Source: an uncultured Anaerolineaceae bacterium
Lineage (GTDB): Bacteria; Chloroflexota; Anaerolineae; Anaerolineales; Anaerolineaceae
DNA: 64,000 nt
Assembly: GCA_964424115.1 (NCBI GenBank)
Contig: CAYRHN010000017.1
Location: 16,579 to 80,578 of the forward strand
Direction: 5' to 3'
Shown piece after piece: positions 45,390 through 53,041 of this stretch. The notes under the pieces were generated by a model that was not told the origin of the DNA, searched no databases, and was given only the letters and a program-made list of their open reading frames with translations. The translations under genes and the position numbers were made by a program. The first letter of the stretch is position 1. Each line of letters opens with the position of its first letter.

Positions 45390-46925
45390 CTACCTATATT
45401 TCAGCATTTTCATAGCCAATTTTGCCATTTTGCCAACATCCCCCGGTTCTTCAGTCAGGAGTTTCAATAGCTGTCGACGAAGTTCTTTGTAGCCCCCACT
45501 GCCTCGAAAAACTAGTTTGGATGTCCTTTCTTCAACTGATAAGAGCGGGTAGTTGGCCGTTCTCCAATCAAATTTTGATAGCCCTTTAACCAAAGCATCC
45601 ATGAAATTCGTTATCTTCTCTTCGTTCCTTAGGAATTCGAGAGCATTTGTAATATCAGTTAGAAGATCCCCTTTGATCTCTTGTTTATAGCACCACGACT
45701 CTAAATCCATCCCGTTTTGCGTTGCCTGTAAATAGAACAGGTCATTTACAATAAAAAGTATTCCACGAACACCCTGATCTGTATTTAGCAATGTATTAGG
45801 CCCATAGAACGCCAGATCTAAAATTTCTTCTGGTAACAATTGCAGTTGTTGGCCCTCGCTTCGTAAATCCCTCGCCCAACTATAATCTATGGATTCGATC
45901 TCCTTTGCAAATAGATTCCATGCATAAATCAAGAAAGCAGATTGCTGGGAACCGTCCCATGGAAGAACCGTATCATCATCTCCAATCTTAGCTCCATATA
46001 ATCCCCCAATACTACCTCGCCCTTCCCATGCCTTAACAAAAGTAGCAAGAAGCGAGTGAATCCAAGCAGCTTGTGAAACGGTTTTTTGCCCAGTTTCTCC
46101 CAGCATATTTATACGTTGGTACCAAGGACTTCCTGGAAACGACCAAAGTGCTTCAATTATCTCTTGAGCTCTTGTTTGACGATAAACAACTGGACCCTCA
46201 AATTTTTCAAGCCAGTCTTCAGTGCGAAGCAAAGGATAAAGATCAAATGCCATACTCGGATTGATTCGTTTAGGAGTGATATTAATCGTCCAAAATAAGT
46301 AAGCTTGCCAACTGATATCCAGACCATAGAATGCAACAACTGGTAGATCAAATCTGCCTTCAGGAAGATTTTCGTCAAAAGCAAATAACCTATGTTGCCC
46401 ATCAATAATCTCAATAGGATGGCGGTTAACAGGTTGCCAATCTACGCCTGTAAATGAATGGGGTAATTGTATTTGGGTTATTTCATTCTCATGGTGTTCA
46501 AGCGTAATCAAATCTTCAGGAGCAACTGTCAAACCGCGCCTGATTTGATCCGGTTTTAGGATATTTACAACAATAGCCGTTGGAAGCCAGCCGGGCTTTC
46601 GCAAATCATCGTATTTACCTGTGCCACGTTTTGACTTGCTTATTTCAGTCCAAGGATATCCAAACTGGATAAAGTCGCGAATTACTTTTGATCTCTCCGG
46701 GTCATGGCGCCTTTGAATACCTAAATCTAGCGAGCGCTGCAACCCATCTTTTGTAGTCCTTTGATAAATTCCGGATAATGCGCGTAAATCATTTGCATCT
46801 ATACTAAACACCAGGAAATAAGGCTCGGGTCTGGCTCGATGCGTCTTGGGATCGTACTCATATTTCTCCCATTCATCAAGCCACTGATGCACTTTTATCG
46901 CTGGGATTATCCTTTTAGTTTCCAT
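45390..46925 (-). CDS. DGQHR-domain protein (DndB-like, ParB/Srx-fold superfamily)
   Basis: The literal motif IEIIDGQHRLFAF is present. The upstream block GIQRRHDPERSKVIRDFI is as in DndB/ParB-like proteins. Confidence 0.8.
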   Translation of the reverse strand: METKRIIPAIKVHQWLDEWEKYEYDPKTHRARPEPYFLVFSIDANDLRALSGIYQRTTKDGLQRSLDLGIQRRHDPERSKVIRDFIQFGYPWTEISKSKRGTGKYDDLRKPGWLPTAIVVNILKPDQIRRGLTVAPEDLITLEHHENEITQIQLPHSFTGVDWQPVNRHPIEIIDGQHRLFAFDENLPEGRFDLPVVAFYGLDISWQAYLFWTINITPKRINPSMAFDLYPLLRTEDWLEKFEGPVVYRQTRAQEIIEALWSFPGSPWYQRINMLGETGQKTVSQAAWIHSLLATFVKAWEGRGSIGGLYGAKIGDDDTVLPWDGSQQSAFLIYAWNLFAKEIESIDYSWARDLRSEGQQLQLLPEEILDLAFYGPNTLLNTDQGVRGILFIVNDLFYLQATQNGMDLESWCYKQEIKGDLLTDITNALEFLRNEEKITNFMDALVKGLSKFDWRTANYPLLSVEERTSKLVFRGSGGYKELRRQLLKLLTEEPGDVGKMAKLAMKMLKYR

Positions 46926-47098
46926 GGTTCACTCCTACCGAAAATTATGGGGGGAACTGCTTGTTCCAAATTATATATTCATACTCGTTTTACGAAAACG
47001 AAAGTTATGTTTGATAAAGGCAAACCCCAATAAAAAGAGTATGATCTATTATATAATCATATTACCCAGCGGGTACACTTTAACAGACACAAAGAGAC

Positions 47099-48673
47099 AT
47101 GAATATGCCCAACTCCACCCATCTCGATCTACCGACCCTCGAACAATGGCTTTGGGACGCCGCCTGCCAGATCCACGGGCCGGTGGACGCGCCCAAGTAT
47201 AAGGATTACATCCTGCCTTTGATCTTCCTCAAGCGCCTCTCGGACGTCTTCGAGGATGAGGTGAATCGCCTGGCGGAGAGCTACGGCAGCCGCGAGGCAG
47301 CTGCATCCCTGGTGGAAGTGGACCATTCCCTAGTGCGCTTCTATTTGCCGCCCGCGGCGCGTTGGGACCGGATTGAGAAAGTAACCACCGGGCTGGGCCA
47401 GGCCATCACTGACGCGATGCGCGCCATCACCCGTGAGAACCCGCGCCTGTCAGGGGTGATTGATGTCACTGACTTTAACGCCACCACAGCCGGAATGCGC
47501 ATCATCGACGATGAGCATATCTATGCTCTGGTACAGGTACTGCGCCGCCATCGCCTGGGGCTGAAGGATGTGGAGCCGGATATTCTTGGCCGCGCCTATG
47601 AATACCTGCTGCGCAAATTTGCCGAGGGCCAGGGCCAATCTGCCGGGGAGTTCTATACTCCGCGCATGGTAGGCGTGTTGATGGCGCGCTTGCTCGATCC
47701 CCAACCCGGCATGACCAGTTACGACCCGGCCTGCGGTTCGTTTGGTTTGCAGATCAAGCTGCACCTGCGCCTGCTCGAAACCCACGGCGAGGAACTGGAA
47801 GGAGGCCATCGCCGCCTGCCGCCGAACGTGGCGCCCTTGCGCCTGTACGGGCAAGAGATCAACGCCACCACCTTTGCCATGGCGCGCATGAATGCCTTCA
47901 TCCACGATCTGGATACCCAGATTGCCCCCGACGACACCATGCGCCGCCCGGCTTTCTTGACCCCTTCCGGCGGGTTGCAGACCTTTGACCTGATCACCGC
48001 CAACCCGATGTGGAACCAGAAATTCGGCATGGATGTCTACGAAAACGACCCCTATGGGCGTTTTGCTTACGGAATTCCGCCCAGCGCGAGCGCGGATTGG
48101 GGCTGGGTGCAGCACATGGCGGCTTCGCTCTCCCCGCGCGGGCGCATGGCGGTAGTGCTGGATACCGGCGCGGTTTCGCGCGGCAGCGGCAACCAGGGCT
48201 CCAGCCGCGAGCGCGATATTCGCCAGAAGTTCGTTGAGGCCGATTTGGTAGAGGCAGTGATCCTGCTGCCAGAAAATTTATTCTACAATACTCCCTCGCA
48301 AGGAATCATTCTCATACTAAACAAAACTAAACCCCACCCTGGTGAAATTCTTCTGATAAACGCTAGTCACTCGTTTTTCAAGGGTCGACCTAAGAATGAA
48401 ATGAATGAAGAACATATAGCACAAATAACTGATGGTTATACTGCCTGGCAATTTAGAGAAGGGGCCTCAGCAGTCATCACATTGGGCGAGGCAGCACGCA
48501 AAGATTTTAACCTCAGCCCTAGCCGTTATGTGTCACAAAATGGGGATAATAAAGTCTTACCTTTGGATGAGGCTGTAGTACTATTACAAGAAACCGAAGA
48601 GGAAAGATCAGTAGTTCAAAATGAGTTAAATAAAATTCTTCAATCCCTTGGTTTTCAGAATAGGCAAGATTGA
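47099..48673 (+). CDS. hsdM: Type I restriction-modification system methyltransferase subunit HsdM
   Basis: The N-terminal HsdM_N block is LWDAACQIHGPVDAPKYKDYILPLIFLKRLSD. The SAM motif is YDPACGS and the catalytic motif is ANPMWNQKF (NPPF/W type). The gene overlaps hsdS. Confidence 0.9.
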   Translation: MNMPNSTHLDLPTLEQWLWDAACQIHGPVDAPKYKDYILPLIFLKRLSDVFEDEVNRLAESYGSREAAASLVEVDHSLVRFYLPPAARWDRIEKVTTGLGQAITDAMRAITRENPRLSGVIDVTDFNATTAGMRIIDDEHIYALVQVLRRHRLGLKDVEPDILGRAYEYLLRKFAEGQGQSAGEFYTPRMVGVLMARLLDPQPGMTSYDPACGSFGLQIKLHLRLLETHGEELEGGHRRLPPNVAPLRLYGQEINATTFAMARMNAFIHDLDTQIAPDDTMRRPAFLTPSGGLQTFDLITANPMWNQKFGMDVYENDPYGRFAYGIPPSASADWGWVQHMAASLSPRGRMAVVLDTGAVSRGSGNQGSSRERDIRQKFVEADLVEAVILLPENLFYNTPSQGIILILNKTKPHPGEILLINASHSFFKGRPKNEMNEEHIAQITDGYTAWQFREGASAVITLGEAARKDFNLSPSRYVSQNGDNKVLPLDEAVVLLQETEEERSVVQNELNKILQSLGFQNRQD

Positions 48674-48675
48674 TT

Positions 48676-49962
48676 ATGGTTGCACTGCAAAGTACCCAAT
48701 CTGCACTTAAGTTATCTAATCTTCCAAATAATTTCCCTTCTGGTTGGCGATGGCTAAAACTTGGCGATTTTGCTAATACAAAAAGTGGCGGTACTCCAAG
48801 AAGAGAAGTCCCAAATTTCTATGAGGGAATTATCCCTTGGATAAAATCAGGCGAACTTAAAGATACTACAATTACTCGATCCGAAGAACATATAAATCAA
48901 GAGGCGATAGATCATAGCAGCGCACAAATTTTCCCCAAGGGCACACTTGTAGTAGCTTTGTATGGAGCTACAGCTGGAAGAGTAGGGCTTTTGGAAATAG
49001 CCTCTGCAACAAATCAGGCTGTTTGTGCAGTATTTCCAGATAACAGCGCTATTCCTGAATATCTCTTTTATGCACTTATATACAGAAGGAACGATTTATT
49101 GAAAGAGCGATATGGGGGTGCTCAACCAAATATAAGTCAAACTGTATTACGTTCTTTTTATTTACCCATCCCCCCTCTGCCCGAACAACGCGCCATTGCC
49201 CATGTGCTGACCACCATTCGCCAGGCAATTGAGGCCAGTGAGCGTGTGATCGAGGCAACGCGTCAGCTTAAAAAGTCGACGATGAAGCATTTGTTCACCT
49301 ACGGCCCAGTGCCAGTGGACGAGGTGGATCGCGTACCGTTGAAAGAGACGGAGATCGGATTAGTGCCAGAGGGATGGAGCATTAGCCGTTTGGGTGATCT
49401 TATTGAAAAGCCAGAATATGGATATACAGCAAGCTCTTCATTAAAGGAAGTGGGGCCAAAATTTATTCGCATTACCGATATAAGTGATGAAGGAAGAGTA
49501 AATTGGAATTTAGTTCCGTATTGTGCTTGTTCAGAAAAAGAATTACCTAAATACATTGTAAAAAAGGGGGATATCTTGATCGCACGTATAGGAGCCACAA
49601 CAGGTAAAAGTTTTAGGGTTGAAGATTGTCCTCAAGCAATCTTTGCCTCTTATTTGATACGTTTACGTCCAAATATTGAATTGTTAGAAGATCGCTATTT
49701 GTACCAGTTTACGACAACAGACATTTATTGGAAGCAAATCAATTCAAGCAAAGGTGGGCGACTTAAAGGTGGTGTAAATATTCCCAACCTGCAAAACCTA
49801 TTAATCCCGTGTCCTAATAAAGAGGAACAAAACAATATTCAAGAAATTCTTGGTTCTATCGATGTCAAAATTATCGTTGAGACTAACCGCAAGAACGCTT
49901 TAGAATCACTATTCCAGAGCCTGCTGCATCACTTGATGACCGGAAAAGTGCGGGTGGGATAA
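48676..49962 (+). CDS. hsdS: Type I R-M specificity subunit HsdS (two target-recognition domains)
   Basis: The central conserved region is LPIPPLPEQRAIAHVLTTIRQAIEA and the C-terminal conserved region is LFQSLLHHLMTGKVRV. The ORF track starts at a TTG at 48670. Confidence 0.9.
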   Translation: MVALQSTQSALKLSNLPNNFPSGWRWLKLGDFANTKSGGTPRREVPNFYEGIIPWIKSGELKDTTITRSEEHINQEAIDHSSAQIFPKGTLVVALYGATAGRVGLLEIASATNQAVCAVFPDNSAIPEYLFYALIYRRNDLLKERYGGAQPNISQTVLRSFYLPIPPLPEQRAIAHVLTTIRQAIEASERVIEATRQLKKSTMKHLFTYGPVPVDEVDRVPLKETEIGLVPEGWSISRLGDLIEKPEYGYTASSSLKEVGPKFIRITDISDEGRVNWNLVPYCACSEKELPKYIVKKGDILIARIGATTGKSFRVEDCPQAIFASYLIRLRPNIELLEDRYLYQFTTTDIYWKQINSSKGGRLKGGVNIPNLQNLLIPCPNKEEQNNIQEILGSIDVKIIVETNRKNALESLFQSLLHHLMTGKVRVG

Positions 49963-49972
49963 GAGGGAAACC

Positions 49973-51292
49973 ATGCTCATTTTTGGCGCGGAGGAATTGC
50001 TGCTCAAGGAAAAGGTTACCCTCTACAATAACCTTGCCACTTTGGGGTCGCACTCCGGCCGTTTGTTGGCGGAATTGGAGATCTTCCCGGTTCCGCGCAT
50101 CACCTGGGATTTCGAAACATTTGAGCCAAGAGGTTGGGATGACGTATTTGATAATGGAATGATGCAAGCTTCTCTGCAAGGCAATCAATTCAAGATCGAA
50201 AAACCATACCCGGTCAATGATGGCTTTGTGACAATTCCAGGTCGTGAATCAAAGTGGTTAAGAGGGGTAGCAACCAAGGCAAGTATTGGCCCTGTGGATT
50301 TCGAAGCACATGAATTTCGCTTCCTGCTTCCAAACGTTTGCTTCCTCAGGCAAAATATCCCCGGCTTCGTTTCAGGGCTTCCGGGGCGTTCAATATCTGC
50401 CACAATTGATACTGAATGGCAAATTGAAATCAATATAAATGAAAACGCTTTCAAATGGCTGGAACCGAGTAACCGGAATATCGGCACTATGCTTTTAGCG
50501 ACCGGCCATTTAAAGCCTGTCCAACAAGATACACAATTCCTCTCGTTGCTTTCTTTCGAAAATACTTTAGAGCGCTTGTCTGACTTCTCACTCCTCTTAT
50601 CCTTTGCCAACGGAGGGTATTTAGGGCCTCTCTATGTAGAAGGTATATCCAACCAAGGGGATCTTAAAGCAGGAGCAATGATCCCTGTTTTTCGAGTTAC
50701 CCCCTTGGAGCAAATTGGATTGAGCTGGCTGGAATTTCAGAGCAATTTAACGAGCTATCTGGGCTGCTTTCCGGCTTTCGAACGCATGACACATTCCGAG
50801 CCGTGGGAAAATGATGAGTTCGACCTGATCCTTTCCTGGTATTTTCAAGCCATCCAACCTCAAAATGGTCAGATAGGCAAACCCTGGCCAGTGGTTGCCA
50901 ACGCCATCGGCACCGCCCTGGAGCGATCATTTAACACCATTATGGTCAGGGAATTAGGCTACCCCCAACCCAAAAACAAGAAAGGGTTGCCTCCCGAGAG
51001 TTTCCAACGCATTGAACAAATGCTGACCAGGATTGGGATCAAACGCGATGTGCCTCTAAATGACTATGACAACATACAAAATTTTGTAAATGTTCGTAAT
51101 GATGCCACCCACGGAGAAAACCGGGCAGATTTGTCGAGAGAGGAAATCTTTCGAACATTGGAGATGGGTATACAATGGTTAGAGGAAATATTATTGTGGC
51201 GTTTAGGGTATTCCGGAAAATACCGGAATCGGCTGATCAAGGTGGAAGATCAACCCAGATATGATTTAAGCACGAGAAAATCAGATTGGTAA
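49973..51292 (+). CDS. HEPN-domain protein (Rx4H motif), ApeA-like architecture, embedded in the Type I R-M operon
   Basis: The C-terminal FVNVRNDATHGEN carries R-N-D-A-T-H (Rx4-6H) and is flanked by predicted helices (LILSWYFQAIQ.., EIFRTLEMGIQWLEEILLW). The N-terminal roughly 300 aa are unknown and beta-rich. Confidence 0.55.
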   Translation: MLIFGAEELLLKEKVTLYNNLATLGSHSGRLLAELEIFPVPRITWDFETFEPRGWDDVFDNGMMQASLQGNQFKIEKPYPVNDGFVTIPGRESKWLRGVATKASIGPVDFEAHEFRFLLPNVCFLRQNIPGFVSGLPGRSISATIDTEWQIEININENAFKWLEPSNRNIGTMLLATGHLKPVQQDTQFLSLLSFENTLERLSDFSLLLSFANGGYLGPLYVEGISNQGDLKAGAMIPVFRVTPLEQIGLSWLEFQSNLTSYLGCFPAFERMTHSEPWENDEFDLILSWYFQAIQPQNGQIGKPWPVVANAIGTALERSFNTIMVRELGYPQPKNKKGLPPESFQRIEQMLTRIGIKRDVPLNDYDNIQNFVNVRNDATHGENRADLSREEIFRTLEMGIQWLEEILLWRLGYSGKYRNRLIKVEDQPRYDLSTRKSDW

Positions 51293-51307
51293 AACAAGGA
51301 GGAACCC

Positions 51308-52306
51308 ATGACCCTATGGATGGTTCGAGCAGGTCAACACGGGGAACGCGAAGATTTTGCACTTCAGAATAAAGTAGCCGTGATCGGCTGGGAAGAATTG
51401 GGAGATATTTCTGCTCTTCAAACGCGAAAAGAATTACGCCCCTTATTAGAAAAAGCATATCCCGATGAAAAACCTAACACTTTGCGCAATTGGGAAAGTC
51501 AGATCTGGCCTTTTATCCATGAAATTAAAATAGGCGATCTGATCGCCTTGCCATTAAAGAAACGGGCCGCAATTGCGATCGGCGAAGTCGATGGCGAAAA
51601 CCGCTATGAACCCAATAATCCCTTAGACGTCAGACACATTTTGCCGGTCAAAGGCTGGCAAGAATTTCCACGTACCAGTTTTGATACCGATTTATTGTAT
51701 TCATTAGGCGCTTTTATGACTGTGTGCCGGATTCAACGCAATCAGGCTGAAATCCGAGTCCGCGCCATGCTGGCAGGAAAAATCATCAGCGATGGTACAG
51801 AAGGCAAGGAAGAAAACATTCCCGACCTGGAGCAATTCGCCAGGGATCAAATTGTCAAATTTATTGAACGCAAATTTAAAGGCGATCGAATGGCTTATTT
51901 GGTTGAGGCAATTTTAATCGCCCAAGGTTACCAGACACGCGTTTCTCCCAAAGGTGCGGATGGCGGAGTAGATATTTTAGCTGGGCAGGGAAATCTGGGA
52001 TTTGGCATCCCACATCTGGCCGTTCAGGTCAAGTCTTCCGATGACCCTATTGACATCAAAATATTTAATGAATTGCAAGGCGCAATGAATAACTTTGGCG
52101 CAGAATATGGGCTGATTGTTACCTGGGGTGGATATAAAAGCACTGTAGAGAAAGAGGCTGCTCGCCATTTCTTTAAGATGCGCGTTTGGGATTCGGACAC
52201 CCTCGTGCGTATGATCCAGGAACATTACCATCAGCTTCCCGCTTCCACACAGGCTGAATTGCCGCTTAAACAAATTTGGATGCTAGTCCCCGAAGAAAAG
52301 GAATAG
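51308..52306 (+). CDS. mrr: Mrr-family restriction endonuclease (N-terminal DNA-binding domain plus Mrr_cat PD-(D/E)xK core)
   Basis: The N-terminus LWMVRAGQHGEREDFALQNKVAVIGWEELGD is typical of this family. The catalytic core is GADGGVDILAG..HLAVQVKS. Confidence 0.8.
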   Translation: MTLWMVRAGQHGEREDFALQNKVAVIGWEELGDISALQTRKELRPLLEKAYPDEKPNTLRNWESQIWPFIHEIKIGDLIALPLKKRAAIAIGEVDGENRYEPNNPLDVRHILPVKGWQEFPRTSFDTDLLYSLGAFMTVCRIQRNQAEIRVRAMLAGKIISDGTEGKEENIPDLEQFARDQIVKFIERKFKGDRMAYLVEAILIAQGYQTRVSPKGADGGVDILAGQGNLGFGIPHLAVQVKSSDDPIDIKIFNELQGAMNNFGAEYGLIVTWGGYKSTVEKEAARHFFKMRVWDSDTLVRMIQEHYHQLPASTQAELPLKQIWMLVPEEKE

Positions 52307-53017
52307 ATGGCCATGGAAATCATTGCCGGTTTGTTCTTGACCGCTCTTTACCAGCTTACCGAGAAAGTTTGGGAAAAAGGGCTGGATGCCGCTTGGGATC
52401 CATTACAAGAATCTCTCAAAAGCACCTTCTCGCGTTTGGCGGGAAAGGATCAGGAAACCAAACGTCGCGAGCAGTTTGCTGAAGCGTATAGAAAAGCCAT
52501 TCGCTACACCACCAAACGTGCTCAAAATCCTGAAGAGGCTGCCGAAATTTTAAGCGTTCTGGACAAAGGCATCCGTCCAACGGCTGTTGCCGTCCTGGCC
52601 GAAGAGGCTGCCAAAGTAGTGTTATATGCCGACTCCCCTGACATGGAACGCATGGCCCAAACCTGTCAGGAAAGTTTAAAATGGGATACATTCTGGCAGA
52701 ATTCCTTTGAACAAAAAACGCTTCCCGATACAAAGCGCATTGTAGAAATCTTATTGGCCTTTTTGTCCAACTTGCGGAAGTTTTTGATTGACCAATCCTC
52801 TTACAAAGAATTGACCCAACAAGAAATTCTTAAGACTTTGCAACGCATGGAAGAACGCGCACGTGAAGCCGTACCTTTTGACGACATTGAACGATATCTC
52901 GAACAGGTGATCCATCATTATGAAAGCTTGGATTTTGTTGGTATTCCAGAATTAAGTAACCGCCAATCGGTACGCATTGATGACATCTTCATCCATTTGC
53001 AAGCTTCATCGGATTAA
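52307..53017 (+). CDS. helical N-terminal module and pre-NACHT linker; same frame as the downstream NACHT ORF, from which one TAA separates it
   Basis: Its ATG directly abuts the mrr stop. The C-terminal YLEQVIHHYESLDFVGIPELSNRQSVRIDDIFIHLQA is the linker pattern that normally precedes the P-loop in bacterial NACHT proteins. Confidence 0.55.
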   Translation: MAMEIIAGLFLTALYQLTEKVWEKGLDAAWDPLQESLKSTFSRLAGKDQETKRREQFAEAYRKAIRYTTKRAQNPEEAAEILSVLDKGIRPTAVAVLAEEAAKVVLYADSPDMERMAQTCQESLKWDTFWQNSFEQKTLPDTKRIVEILLAFLSNLRKFLIDQSSYKELTQQEILKTLQRMEERAREAVPFDDIERYLEQVIHHYESLDFVGIPELSNRQSVRIDDIFIHLQASSD

Positions 53018-53041
53018 TTCCGGAACAGGAAAAAACCATTC

